Source: Bacteroidia bacterium (GTDB taxonomy: Bacteria > Bacteroidota > Bacteroidia > Bacteroidales > VadinHA17). From it: DNA of 64,000 nucleotides. Under the pieces are notes generated by a model. It did not search any database, was not told the origin of the DNA, and saw only the letters and a program-made list of their open reading frames with translations. The stretch covers positions 10,694-74,693 of the forward strand of contig JBGOZX010000002.1 of assembly GCA_041480425.1 (NCBI GenBank), given 5' to 3'. The translations under genes and the position numbers were made by a program. Below, one piece after another: positions 36,813 through 47,099 of this stretch. Within the stretch, counting starts at the first letter, position 1; every line of letters starts with the position of its first letter.

Positions 36813-38993
36813 ATGAAGATTGATTCAACAATACATGATTATTTAAAAAAGTATTTCGGTTTCGACACCTTCAAAGGGAACCAGGAACCTATAATAAGCA
36901 ATGTTTTGGCTGGCCGTGACACATTCGTACTCATGCCGACCGGAGGCGGGAAATCCCTTTGTTACCAGCTACCGGCAGTTATGAAAACCGGAACAGCCAT
37001 TGTAATTTCCCCACTTATAGCACTTATGAAAAACCAGGTGGATGCAATGCGTAACTTCAGCACTGATGACGATGTTGCCCACTTTCTGAATTCTTCTTTG
37101 ACAAAAACTGAGAGTACAAGAGTCAAAAATGATGTTTTATCAGGTAAGGCCAAGCTTCTTTATGTTGCACCGGAATCCCTTACAAAAGAGGAGAATATAG
37201 AATTTCTTAAGAAGATTGATATATCATTTTATGCTATCGACGAAGCACATTGTATTTCAGAGTGGGGCCACGACTTCCGGCCTGAATACCGACGGATTAG
37301 GCCAATAATTGACACTATCGGCCGTTCGCCTATAATTGCCCTTACTGCAACAGCCACCCCGAAAGTCCAGCATGATATTCAGAAAAACCTGGGGATCCTC
37401 GATGCAGATGTTTTCAAATCGTCATTTAACAGGCCTAACCTTTATTACGAGGTAAAGTCGAAACAGGATGTCACAAAAGAGATCATTAAGTATATAAAAA
37501 ATAATTCCGGGAAGTCAGGAATCATTTATTGTCTTAGCCGTAAAAAGGTTGAGGAGATAGCCGAAGTGTTGAAGGTTAATAACATTAAAGCCTTACCATA
37601 CCATGCAGGCATGGATTCAGCCACCCGCACCTCAAACCAGGATAAGTTCCTGATGGAGGAGGCCGATATAATAGTGGCAACCATAGCTTTCGGAATGGGA
37701 ATTGATAAACCCGATGTCAGGTTTGTGATCCATTATGATATTCCAAAGAGCCTTGAGGGATATTACCAGGAGACAGGACGTGCCGGCCGTGACGGCGGGG
37801 AAGGAAACTGTATTGCCTATTACAGTTACAACGATATAATGAAGCTTGAGAAATTTATGCAGGGGAAACCAATTGCGGAACAGGAAATCGGGAAACAACT
37901 TCTTCTTGAAACCGTATCATATGCTGAATCATCGGTTTGTCGCAGGAAACTATTACTTCATTATTTCGGGGAAGAGTATCCGAAGGAAAACTGTGAGGCT
38001 TGTGACAACTGCCTTCATCCCAAATCACAATTTGAAGGCAGTGATGCTGTCGTGAATGTCCTGGAAACTATTCTTGCTGTAAAGGAAAAATTTAAGGCTG
38101 ACCATATTGCAAATATACTTTCGGGAAAGGTTACATCAGCAATAAAATCCTATAAGCACCATAAGATCGAATTTTTCGGAATTGGAGAGGAGAAGGATGA
38201 GAAATTCTGGAATATGGTTATAAGGCAGGCACTGATCGCAAAGTTTCTTGCAAAGGATATCGAGAATTATGGACTTTTGAAGTTGACGCAGAGAGGTATG
38301 GAGTTTCTTGAAAATCCGACTTCATTCATGCTCGCTGAAGATCACGATTATGCTGATACAACTGATGAAGAGAATGCCTTTGGAGCCAGAACGGCTGCAG
38401 TTGATGAGGAACTTTTCAGCATCCTGAAGGATCTGCGTAAGAAAATTTCGAAGCATAAAGATGTCCCTCCTTTTGTCATCTTTCAGGATCCATCCCTGGA
38501 GGATATGGCAATACAATATCCGATAACTCTCGATGAACTTCAGAATATCTCAGGAGTAGGAACAGGGAAAGCACAAAGATACGGTATTGAATTTGTGGAG
38601 ATTATTAAAAAATACGTTGAAGAGAAAGAGATTATTCGACCACTCGACATGGTGGTTAAATCTGTTGTTAATAAATCAGGCATAAAGGTTTATATTATCC
38701 AGAGCATCGATATGAAAAGATCTCTGGAAGATATCGCTGAAGCAAAGGGACTTGAAATGAATGAACTGACTTCCGAAATAGAAGCTATAGTAAATTCCGG
38801 AACCTGGATAAACCTCGATTATTATATTAATATGGTAATTGATGAGGAGCGACAACATGACATATACTCATACTTCAGGGAAGAGGCTGAATCTGACTCC
38901 CTTGAGGATGCCATTAAAGAACTGGGGAATGAGTTCGAAGAAGAGGAGATCAGACTGATGAGGATTAAATTCCTTTCAGAGATGGGGAATTAG
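36813..38993 (+). CDS. recQ: ATP-dependent DNA helicase RecQ
   Basis: Helicase motifs MPTGGGKSLCYQLP, DEAHCISEWGHDFRPEY, AFGMGIDKPDVRFV; a zinc-binding Cys cluster (CRRK..C..CDNC); and a C-terminal HRDC region. Confidence 0.9.
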   Translation: MKIDSTIHDYLKKYFGFDTFKGNQEPIISNVLAGRDTFVLMPTGGGKSLCYQLPAVMKTGTAIVISPLIALMKNQVDAMRNFSTDDDVAHFLNSSLTKTESTRVKNDVLSGKAKLLYVAPESLTKEENIEFLKKIDISFYAIDEAHCISEWGHDFRPEYRRIRPIIDTIGRSPIIALTATATPKVQHDIQKNLGILDADVFKSSFNRPNLYYEVKSKQDVTKEIIKYIKNNSGKSGIIYCLSRKKVEEIAEVLKVNNIKALPYHAGMDSATRTSNQDKFLMEEADIIVATIAFGMGIDKPDVRFVIHYDIPKSLEGYYQETGRAGRDGGEGNCIAYYSYNDIMKLEKFMQGKPIAEQEIGKQLLLETVSYAESSVCRRKLLLHYFGEEYPKENCEACDNCLHPKSQFEGSDAVVNVLETILAVKEKFKADHIANILSGKVTSAIKSYKHHKIEFFGIGEEKDEKFWNMVIRQALIAKFLAKDIENYGLLKLTQRGMEFLENPTSFMLAEDHDYADTTDEENAFGARTAAVDEELFSILKDLRKKISKHKDVPPFVIFQDPSLEDMAIQYPITLDELQNISGVGTGKAQRYGIEFVEIIKKYVEEKEIIRPLDMVVKSVVNKSGIKVYIIQSIDMKRSLEDIAEAKGLEMNELTSEIEAIVNSGTWINLDYYINMVIDEERQHDIYSYFREEAESDSLEDAIKELGNEFEEEEIRLMRIKFLSEMGN

Positions 38994-40078
38994 AAAGATG
39001 ATCTCCGTCCGGTTATCACGGAATAACAAACCACGGCAAGAACATAAAAAGGATAAATTACCTGGGAAGGTAAAAACCATTTCATCAGCCTTCTTTTGTC
39101 ATACCTGGATGTAGTATTAAATAGAATCAGAAAGTCAGGCACTGATTTTAATGCGAAGGCCACAATAAAAATCCATAAAAACTCTGTTACAAGTAAGCCT
39201 GCAATCAATAATAACATCATTACAACAATTGTAACAAATGTTACAATTGCAAGTGCAACAGTAAATTTATCATTGTATGAGTAACCTTTTGAAATCCATC
39301 GCCTTCTCTGATTCAGGAACAACATTACTGTTTTTGCCGGAGATGCAGTGACTATCGATTCGGGCGATTCCAGCCACATTATTTTTGATCTTTTAGCTTT
39401 TTTAAGACTATGCAGAAAAAAAACATCATCGCCTGAGGCTATCTCATAATGAAGATTTTCTGAATGTTCAAGATATACTTCCCTGGTGAAAGCAAGGTTT
39501 GCCCCGTTACACATGGAACTCATTCCCGCAATGGCTGAGCCTGCTGATACTCCCTGCAAACTGAGAAACTCAAGCTCCTGGAACCTTCCGAAAAAACCTG
39601 GTTTGCTTTTGAGGGTTACCGGACAGATAATCATATCAGGTTTATTTTCATTATAGAATGCAACAATGGTGCTGATCCATTTCTCCCCCATAAGGCAGTC
39701 GCAATCGGTCGTTATTATCAGGCTTCCTGATGAAGCTCCTACTCCAGTTCTGATCGCTGTTTTTTTGCCTTTTCCATTGGTTTTTATTACTTTCAGATTC
39801 TCCATCCCCATGAAGCCTGAGGCAATTTCAAACGTTCTGTCGACTGAATTATCGTCAACAATTATTACCTCAAAATAAGCAGCAGGATAATCCTGTTGAG
39901 AGATATTCTGCAAGAACGGTATAATATTTTCATCCTCATTACGGCAGGCTATTATGACCGTTACGAAAAATCCGTTGTTTCTCCTGAAAGAGAAAGGTCT
40001 GATTTTACGCAGATTTCTGTAGATCTTCAGTAGAAGAAAGAAATATGGGAGGATCAGTATTAATGTGAGCCATTGCAT
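38990..40078 (-). CDS. Membrane-anchored GT2 family glycosyltransferase
   Basis: N-terminal TM helix, the GT-A core (VIIACRNEDENI, IIVDDNSVDRT, TDCDC), QRRRW-like NQRRRW, and C-terminal TM helices. Confidence 0.7.
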   Translation of the reverse strand: MQWLTLILILPYFFLLLKIYRNLRKIRPFSFRRNNGFFVTVIIACRNEDENIIPFLQNISQQDYPAAYFEVIIVDDNSVDRTFEIASGFMGMENLKVIKTNGKGKKTAIRTGVGASSGSLIITTDCDCLMGEKWISTIVAFYNENKPDMIICPVTLKSKPGFFGRFQELEFLSLQGVSAGSAIAGMSSMCNGANLAFTREVYLEHSENLHYEIASGDDVFFLHSLKKAKRSKIMWLESPESIVTASPAKTVMLFLNQRRRWISKGYSYNDKFTVALAIVTFVTIVVMMLLLIAGLLVTEFLWIFIVAFALKSVPDFLILFNTTSRYDKRRLMKWFLPSQVIYPFYVLAVVCYSVITGRRSSF

Positions 40079-40531
40079 TTACTGATCCTTAAGCCATTCG
40101 TACATTTTATAATGCTCGCTGCTCATTCCCAGAGCTTCATATGTCTTACGGGCTCGTGTATTATTTGATTCGACATATAGACGGAGCCCTGCAATTCCCT
40201 GTTTATCTGCTTCACTTTTAATGTAAGAGTACATTGATCTGAAAACTCCTCTTCTTCGGTAAGCTGGCAGAACATAAACCGACTGAAACCACCAGACATC
40301 AGTGTTCCGCCAGTCGCTCCATTCATAAGTAATCAGCATGGAGGCGACTACAGTACCTTCATTATCAGCAATATAATACTGCCCGCGAGCCGGATTCTGA
40401 AAAACTGCATCGACACCTTTGGTTATTAATTCAGACTTAAGATTCATCTGTTCTGTTTCCCAGGCCATTTTCTGTTGGAAATCAATTATCGCAGCTGCAT
40501 CGGAGGATGTTGCTTTTCTTATGGTTATCAT
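40079..40531 (-). CDS. GNAT family N-acyltransferase
   Basis: The acetyl-CoA binding block VLPAYRRRGVFRSM in a 150-aa protein. Its stop codon abuts the GT2 ATG. Confidence 0.8.
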   Translation of the reverse strand: MITIRKATSSDAAAIIDFQQKMAWETEQMNLKSELITKGVDAVFQNPARGQYYIADNEGTVVASMLITYEWSDWRNTDVWWFQSVYVLPAYRRRGVFRSMYSYIKSEADKQGIAGLRLYVESNNTRARKTYEALGMSSEHYKMYEWLKDQ

Positions 40532-40584
40532 ATTAGTAATCGATTTAACATGTAAATGGAATTAGGTTTTTCTTCTTTTAAACT

Positions 40585-40613
40585 TCTCCCTTTCTCCCAC
40601 TCTCCCTTTCTCC
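40585..40613. repeat. Tandem direct repeat TCTCCCTTTCTCC-CAC-TCTCCCTTTCTCC
   Basis: Two exact 13-nt copies, purine-rich on the minus (coding) strand, lying between the carB stop and the GNAT start. Confidence 0.85.
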
Positions 40614-40618
40614 AGATC

Positions 40619-43600
40619 TTATTTATACGCGTCCCAGCTCTTTATTGCCAGATCGTCCATATTCATCCTGCAGAAGGCAAGAATAAAAGCACTTGCAAGC
40701 CGTGCATTGGTAAGGAGAGGAACATTATAATCCACTGCGTTCCTTCTTATTGAATAGTCGTTATTCAATTCGGAGGGGCTGAGATCTTTCGGGATATTAA
40801 CGACAAGGTCAACCTCTCGCGATCTTATAAGTTCTATCGTGTTTGGTGATTTATTCTCATCGGGCCAGTATGCCACATGAGCTTCAACACCGGCATTTTT
40901 AAGGAACTGCTGAGTACCCCTGGTTGCATAAAGCTTATGTCCTTTTTCGCAGAGGGCTCTGGCACTGTTCAGAAGTTCTACTTTTGAACGGGCCGGACCT
41001 GTAGAAAGGAGGATACTTTTTTTCGGGATCCTGTAACCAACTGAAAACATAGCCTTTAGGATAGCCTCATAGAATCCTTCACCAATACATCCTACTTCCC
41101 CGGTAGATGACATATCAACTCCGAGTACCGGATCTGCTTTTGCGAGACGTGAAAAGCTGAACTGAGGGGCTTTTACACCTACATAATCTAGATCAAATAC
41201 TGATTTATGAGGTTTTTCGACCGGTATCCCGAGCATTACTTTTGTAGCAAGTTCGATGAGGTTTGTCTTCAGGACTTTTGATACGAAAGGCATGCTGCGG
41301 CTTGCCCGCAGATTACATTCAATTACCTTAATATCATTGTCTTTTGCAAGGAATTGTATATTGAAGGGTCCGGTTATATTCAGCTCCTTCGCAACCAGCC
41401 GTGAAATACGTTTGATGCGTCTGGCGGTTTCAAAATATATCTTCTGGGCCGGAAATACCATTGTGGCATCTCCTGAATGAACTCCTGCAAACTCGACATG
41501 TTCGCTTATTGCATAAGCCATCATTTCTCCTTCCCTCGCTACGGCATCGATCTCAATTTCTTTTGCATTTTCGATGAACTCTGAAACCACAACAGGATAT
41601 TGTTTTGAAACCCGGGCTGCCAGTTCAAGATAATGTGACAATTCATTTTTATTTGATACGACATTCATTGCCGCCCCTGATAATACATAGGAAGGTCTTA
41701 TCAGAACCGGGAATCCGATACGGTCCACAAACTCAAAGATATCCTCGATAGATGAAAGTTCTTTCCATCTGGGCTGGTCAACTTTAAGAGTATCACACAT
41801 ATGCGAAAATTTATGCCTGTTTTCAGCCCTGTCAATCGAAACAGGAGAGGTTCCCAATACCGGAACTTTCTCTTTATAAAGGCGCATTGCCAGGTTATTC
41901 GGGATCTGACCACCTACCGACACAATAACTCCTCCCGGAGTTTCAAGGTCAATAATATCCATAACCCTTTCGAAAGTCAGTTCATCAAAATAAAGCCTGT
42001 CACAAATATCATAGTCGGTACTGACAGTTTCGGGATTGTAGTTTATCATCACCGATCTTAATCCCTCTTTTTTAATAGTATCTATTGCATTTACTGAACA
42101 CCAGTCGAATTCAACACTTGAACCAATCCTGTACGCCCCTGATCCCAGAACAATAATAGATTTTTGATCATTTTCAAATGAAATATCGTGTTCAGAACCG
42201 CTGTATGTCAGATAGAGGTAATTGGTTATTGCGGGGTATTCTGCTGCAAGAGTATCGATCTGTTTCACGTAGGGGACTATTCCCAGTGATTTCCGGTGAT
42301 CTCTGACTTTCATGAGATCATCGTTGATATTGGGAGCTCCCGATTTCAGTACATGTCTTGCGATCTGAAAGTCGCTGAATCCGTTTATCTTGGAATGGGA
42401 AAGCAACTCATCAGGGATCGATTCAAGTGTATTGTATTTGCAGAGATCATTTTTAATATTGATGATGTTTTTTAATTTAAAAAGGAACCATTTATCGATC
42501 TTTGTCAGTTCATATATTCTGTTAATGGGCATTCCCTTTTCAAGAGCTTCAGCTATTGAAAATATCCTCATATCAGTAGGCTCAGAGAGCTCCTTTTCAA
42601 TATCCTTGAAATCAAGATTGCGGTTTCCCGTAAATCCATGCATTCCCTGCCCGATCATTCTTAGACCCTTCTGAATGACCTCTTCAAAGGTTCTTCCGAT
42701 GGCCATTACCTCTCCCACACTCTTCATACTGCTGCCAATCTGATGTGAAACACCTTCGAATTTATTAAGATCCCATCGGGGGATCTTACATACTATATAG
42801 TCCAGGGCTGGCTCAAAAAATGCAGTCGTATTTTTAGTGACCGAATTTTTTAACTCGTGAAGGCCATATCCAATTCCAAGCTTTGCAGCAATGAAAGCAA
42901 GAGGATAACCCGTTGCTTTTGATGCGAGTGCACTTGACCGTGATAGCCTGGCATTAACCTCAATTACTCTGTAATCTTCAGAATCGGGAGACAGGGCGTA
43001 TTGTACATTGCATTCGCCAACTATTCCAATATGCCTGATTATCCTGATCGAAAGTTCCCTGAGCTTATGATATTCACTGTTAGTAAGGGTTTGAGAAGGG
43101 GCAACGACTATACTTTCTCCAGTATGGATACCCAGTGGATCAAAATTTTCCATGTTGCATACTGTTATGCAATTATCGTATTTGTCCCTGACTACCTCAT
43201 ATTCAACCTCTTTCCATCCTTTCAGCGATTCCTCGACAAGTATCTGGCTAGTATAGGAAAAAGCTTTTGATGCAAGTATTCTAAGTTCATCAATCCCTGA
43301 AGCAAAACCACTTCCCTGCCCGCCAAGGGTATATGCAGCCCTGATGATTACAGGAAATCCAAGCTTTCCGGCAGCAGATACTGCTTCTTCAACTCCAGAT
43401 ACTGCAATACTCCGTGGTGTTTTAACATCCATCTCTTCCAGTTTTCTGACAAAAAGTTCACGATCCTCGGTATCTATTATGGCTTTAACAGGAGTGCCTA
43501 ATACCCTTACAACATATTTTTCAAAAACACCTGCCCTGAACAATTCCGTTCCGCAATTGAGTGCTGTTTGTCCGCCAAAAGATAAAAGAATACCATCAGG

Positions 43601-43840
43601 GCGTTCCTTATCTATCACTTTTTCAACAAAATATGAAGTAACAGGAAGAAAATATATCTTGTCGGCAAGATCTTCAGATGTCTGAACAGTTGCAATGTTG
43701 GGATTGATAAGAACAGTTTTGATCCCTTCCTCTTTTAATGCTTTAAGAGCTTGTGACCCGGAGTAATCAAATTCACCTGCTTCCCCGATTTTCAGCGCTC
43801 CCGAGCCAAGGATAATCACCTTTTTAATTTCATCTTTCAT
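40619..43840 (-). CDS. carB: Carbamoyl-phosphate synthase large subunit
   Basis: 1073 aa. The N-terminus reads KKVIILGSGALKIGEAGEFDYSGSQALKALKEEG, and it has duplicated ATP-grasp halves and a C-terminal MGS-like domain. Confidence 0.95.
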   Translation of the reverse strand: MKDEIKKVIILGSGALKIGEAGEFDYSGSQALKALKEEGIKTVLINPNIATVQTSEDLADKIYFLPVTSYFVEKVIDKERPDGILLSFGGQTALNCGTELFRAGVFEKYVVRVLGTPVKAIIDTEDRELFVRKLEEMDVKTPRSIAVSGVEEAVSAAGKLGFPVIIRAAYTLGGQGSGFASGIDELRILASKAFSYTSQILVEESLKGWKEVEYEVVRDKYDNCITVCNMENFDPLGIHTGESIVVAPSQTLTNSEYHKLRELSIRIIRHIGIVGECNVQYALSPDSEDYRVIEVNARLSRSSALASKATGYPLAFIAAKLGIGYGLHELKNSVTKNTTAFFEPALDYIVCKIPRWDLNKFEGVSHQIGSSMKSVGEVMAIGRTFEEVIQKGLRMIGQGMHGFTGNRNLDFKDIEKELSEPTDMRIFSIAEALEKGMPINRIYELTKIDKWFLFKLKNIINIKNDLCKYNTLESIPDELLSHSKINGFSDFQIARHVLKSGAPNINDDLMKVRDHRKSLGIVPYVKQIDTLAAEYPAITNYLYLTYSGSEHDISFENDQKSIIVLGSGAYRIGSSVEFDWCSVNAIDTIKKEGLRSVMINYNPETVSTDYDICDRLYFDELTFERVMDIIDLETPGGVIVSVGGQIPNNLAMRLYKEKVPVLGTSPVSIDRAENRHKFSHMCDTLKVDQPRWKELSSIEDIFEFVDRIGFPVLIRPSYVLSGAAMNVVSNKNELSHYLELAARVSKQYPVVVSEFIENAKEIEIDAVAREGEMMAYAISEHVEFAGVHSGDATMVFPAQKIYFETARRIKRISRLVAKELNITGPFNIQFLAKDNDIKVIECNLRASRSMPFVSKVLKTNLIELATKVMLGIPVEKPHKSVFDLDYVGVKAPQFSFSRLAKADPVLGVDMSSTGEVGCIGEGFYEAILKAMFSVGYRIPKKSILLSTGPARSKVELLNSARALCEKGHKLYATRGTQQFLKNAGVEAHVAYWPDENKSPNTIELIRSREVDLVVNIPKDLSPSELNNDYSIRRNAVDYNVPLLTNARLASAFILAFCRMNMDDLAIKSWDAYK

Positions 43841-43857
43841 CGCAGGAATTTACTTCT

Positions 43858-43865
43858 CAAAAATA
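43858..43865 (-). promoter_or_regulatory. Candidate -7 box (TATTTTTG on the minus strand) for carB
   Basis: The plus strand reads CAAAAATA, 18 nt upstream of the carB ATG. Confidence 0.35.
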
Positions 43866-43880
43866 GAATAAATTTTCAAA
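43863..43880. promoter_or_regulatory. ARG-box-like site 1 (ATAGAATAAATTTTCAAA)
   Basis: By eye, 15 of 18 positions match the general ARG box TNTGAATWWWWATTCANW. It overlaps the candidate carB -7 box. Confidence 0.35.
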
Positions 43881-43907
43881 TATGGTTTGTAATTATTATA
43901 AAGTGTA

Positions 43908-43915
43908 TATATTTG
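43908..43915 (+). promoter_or_regulatory. Candidate -7 box TATATTTG for argR
   Basis: Exact TAnnTTTG match, 19 nt upstream of the argR ATG. Confidence 0.4.
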
Positions 43916-43922
43916 CAAAGTA

Positions 43923-43940
43923 AATGAATAAATATGCAAA
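43923..43940. promoter_or_regulatory. ARG-box-like site 2 (AATGAATAAATATGCAAA)
   Basis: 16 of 18 positions match TNTGAATWWWWATTCANW. The 14-nt core TGAATAAATATGCA has a single mismatch. It spans the predicted transcription start and the argR start codon. Confidence 0.45.
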
Positions 43941-44413
43941 AAACAAAAAGGCTTCTGGCAATTGAAAAATTAATTGCCGAGGAAATTATTACATCGCAGG
44001 ATGGGTTACTTAAAAAACTGAAAGGGAAAGGGATAATCTGTACACAGGCTACGTTATCCCGCAATTTAAGGCAATTAGGGGTTAGCAGGGTTCCGGACGG
44101 GACCGGCGGTTACCGGTATTCTCTCACCGAAAATAAAAGACTTTCACCGGATTCAGGAATAAAATTAAATATAGTACCTGTGATACGGGAGATAGTTGAG
44201 GCAAAAGGGCTTATGGTAATCAGGACAATTCCCGGAAATGCAAATGCTACGGCATATTATATCGATAACGCCGGCCGCTACGAAATAGCAGGCACTATCG
44301 CAGGTGATGATACAATACTGGTTATACCGCGGGATGACATAACACTTCAGCAGGTTCATACCTGTCTCGAATTGGTTCTTCCCGGTTTGCACAAACAGAT
44401 AAAAAAGAAATAA
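43934..44413 (+). CDS. argR: Arginine repressor
   Basis: Winged-helix N-domain (SQDGLLKKLKGKGIICTQATLSRNLRQLG) and a C-terminal oligomerisation/arginine-binding domain (GTIAGDDTILVI). Confidence 0.85.
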   Translation: MQKTKRLLAIEKLIAEEIITSQDGLLKKLKGKGIICTQATLSRNLRQLGVSRVPDGTGGYRYSLTENKRLSPDSGIKLNIVPVIREIVEAKGLMVIRTIPGNANATAYYIDNAGRYEIAGTIAGDDTILVIPRDDITLQQVHTCLELVLPGLHKQIKKK

Positions 44414-44480
44414 AAAAGACTTTTGATTAATAAAGGCAGATTATATACTAAAAATTTTATTGCATAAAAAATAATTAATA

Positions 44481-45719
44481 ATGGAAGAAAAAGTTGTTCT
44501 CGCATATAGTGGTGGATTAGATACCTCAGTGATACTTAAATGGTTAATTGAAAAAAATTATGATGTAATCGCTTTTGTTGCAGATGTTGGTCAGGCAGAC
44601 GATTTTGAAGAATGCAGAAAAAAGGCATTACTTCTCGGAGCTTCAAAAGTGATAATCTCTGACCTTAAGAAGGAATTTATTGATAATTATGTTCTTAAGG
44701 CAATAATGGCAAATGCAATATATGAGGACAGGTACCTGCTCGGCACCGCTCTTGCCAGACCTCTGATAGCTATGAAGCAGATTGAGGTTGCCATTAAGGA
44801 GCAAGCTACTGCTGTTGCTCATGGTGCAACAGGGAAAGGCAACGACCAGGTAAGGTTTGAACTTTGCTACTACGCCTTAAAACCGGATATTAAAGTCATT
44901 TCTCCATGGAAAGACAAGGAGTTTCTTGAAACTTTCAAAGGAAGGACAGATCTATTGAAATATGCTTCAGAGAAAAAGATACCTGTTAAGGCCAGCATCG
45001 ACAAACCTTATAGTGAGGATGATAACCTTATGCACATAAGCCATGAAGCAGGGATTCTTGAGGATCCCATGTTCTCAATGCAGAAAAACATGCTTCAGAA
45101 GATGGTGATGCCTCAGGATGCACCCGACAAAGAAACCAGAATTGTAATTCATTTCAAGAACGGAATACCGGTAAAGGTAGTTAATAAAGATGACGGAACC
45201 GTAAAAGAAGAATCTTATGAAATGTTCACCTATCTCAATGAACTTGCAGGGAAGAATGGTATCGGTTTGCTCGATATGGTGGAGAACAGATTCGTTGGGA
45301 TCAAGTCGAGGGGTGTTTATGAAACGCCGGCAGCCACTGTGTTGCATATTGCGCATAAAGATATTGAGGGGATAGCAATGGACCGGGAAGTAATGAGGCT
45401 CGTAAATATGCTTACTCCCAAGTTTGCTGAACTGATTTACAATGGTTTCTGGTTTAGTCCTGAAATGGACTTCCTCATGGCAGCTATTGAAAAGAGTCAG
45501 GAACTTATAGATGGAAGTGTTCATCTCTGTCTTTACAAGGGTAATGTGATGATTGAAGGTCGTGAATCTCCTTCTTCTTTATATGATAAGAATCTTTCAA
45601 GTATGGATATTGAGGGAGGCTTTGATCAGACTGACAGCAGGGGATTCATAAGAATAAATGCAATCAGACTTATGGCTCACAGGGCTATTGTTGAAGCAAG
45701 TAAGAAAAAAGAGAAGTGA
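44481..45719 (+). CDS. argG: Argininosuccinate synthase
   Basis: [14 protein letters not shown]-loop, [13 protein letters not shown], and [12 protein letters not shown]. Confidence 0.95.
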   Translation: MEEKVVLAYSGGLDTSVILKWLIEKNYDVIAFVADVGQADDFEECRKKALLLGASKVIISDLKKEFIDNYVLKAIMANAIYEDRYLLGTALARPLIAMKQIEVAIKEQATAVAHGATGKGNDQVRFELCYYALKPDIKVISPWKDKEFLETFKGRTDLLKYASEKKIPVKASIDKPYSEDDNLMHISHEAGILEDPMFSMQKNMLQKMVMPQDAPDKETRIVIHFKNGIPVKVVNKDDGTVKEESYEMFTYLNELAGKNGIGLLDMVENRFVGIKSRGVYETPAATVLHIAHKDIEGIAMDREVMRLVNMLTPKFAELIYNGFWFSPEMDFLMAAIEKSQELIDGSVHLCLYKGNVMIEGRESPSSLYDKNLSSMDIEGGFDQTDSRGFIRINAIRLMAHRAIVEASKKKEK

Positions 45720-45761
45720 TAAGGATTGAAGGTTCATTAAACATAATTAAAATCAAAAAAT

Positions 45762-47099
45762 ATGAAACTCTGGGAGAAAGGGGTAACCCCCGAACCTTCA
45801 ATTATTGAATTTACGTCAGGCAAAGACCGTAAAACTGATCTGTCACTTACAAAATGGGATATTGTAGGTTCAATGGCTCATGTCATAATGCTGGAAAATG
45901 TTGGATTAATTCCGGATAATGAGAAAAGGGAGCTATTAAAAACCCTGGATTCTCTTTTTGTCAGGGAAAAGGAGGGTCATTTTGTAATCGAAAATGATAT
46001 TGAGGATATCCATTCTCAGATCGAAAAGGAAATGACTTCAATTCTGGGCCCTGCCGGGAAAAAAATACACACAGGAAGATCAAGAAATGACCAGGTGCTT
46101 GTTGATATCAGGCTTTATACAAGGGAGGAGATTGATAATCTGGCAATATTGGTCCGGAAACTTTTTATTAAGCTTCAGTCACTAAGTGAACAGTACAGGG
46201 AAATTCTCCTGCCTGGCTATACTCACTGGCAACCGGCCATGGTATCGTCATTTGGTTTGTGGTTCGGATCTTACTCCGAATGTCTGGCTGATGATATTCT
46301 TCTGCTTTCAGGTGCACGGGCTCTCAATAACAGGAATCCCCTGGGATCAGCAGCAGGATATGGCACTACCCTGCCATTGAACAGGAAGTTGACTACAGAG
46401 CTTCTCGAATTCGATGACTTGTTATATAACTCTGCATATGCAAGTCTGAGCAGGGGTAAGGTTGAACTTGCAGTAGCATCAGCAATGGCATCACTTGCCC
46501 AGACATTGTCTCGTTTCTCAATGGAGGTTTGTCTTTATATGAGTTCCGAATTCAGGTTCATCGATTTCCCGGATGAATTTGTAACAGGTTCAAGTATAAT
46601 GCCTCAGAAAAGAAATCCTGATGTATTTGAGCTGGTGAGAGGCCGGATGAATTTAGTTCAGGCTTTACCAAACCAGATATCCATACTCACCAGTAATCTA
46701 CCATCCGGGTATCACAGGGACCTTCAATTGCTAAAAGAACTTATTTTCAATGCTTTCGTGGAATTGACAGCTTGTATTGAGGTTTGCCTGCTGATGCTTG
46801 ATAATATTAAGATACGTAGGGATATTACTGAAAATCCCATATATAATAATATCTTCAGTACTGAAGAAGTAAACCGCCTGGTTAAGGAAGGCATTCCTTT
46901 CAGGGATGCATATAAGACTGTTTCTGAGATGGTTAAAAACGGATCATTTGCAAGAACATCTTTATCGGAATATACGCATGAAGGCAGCATAGGAAACCTT
47001 TGCAATAAGGAGATATCAGAAATTTTTGGGAACAGGATGAAATGTTTTAATAGTAAATCTGCAACAGAAATGGCAGAAAAGATGATGCGGGGGATTTAG
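45762..47099 (+). CDS. argH: Argininosuccinate lyase
   Basis: Fumarate-lyase signature GSSIMPQKRNPD, TGRSRNDQV, and LPGYTHWQPA. Confidence 0.9.
   Translation: MKLWEKGVTPEPSIIEFTSGKDRKTDLSLTKWDIVGSMAHVIMLENVGLIPDNEKRELLKTLDSLFVREKEGHFVIENDIEDIHSQIEKEMTSILGPAGKKIHTGRSRNDQVLVDIRLYTREEIDNLAILVRKLFIKLQSLSEQYREILLPGYTHWQPAMVSSFGLWFGSYSECLADDILLLSGARALNNRNPLGSAAGYGTTLPLNRKLTTELLEFDDLLYNSAYASLSRGKVELAVASAMASLAQTLSRFSMEVCLYMSSEFRFIDFPDEFVTGSSIMPQKRNPDVFELVRGRMNLVQALPNQISILTSNLPSGYHRDLQLLKELIFNAFVELTACIEVCLLMLDNIKIRRDITENPIYNNIFSTEEVNRLVKEGIPFRDAYKTVSEMVKNGSFARTSLSEYTHEGSIGNLCNKEISEIFGNRMKCFNSKSATEMAEKMMRGI

Noticed and set aside
44414-44480. ARG box upstream of argG (TTGCATAAAAAATAATTA region).
   Set aside because: Only about 13 of 18 positions match by eye, which is indistinguishable from AT-rich background. 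argG is probably co-transcribed with argR.
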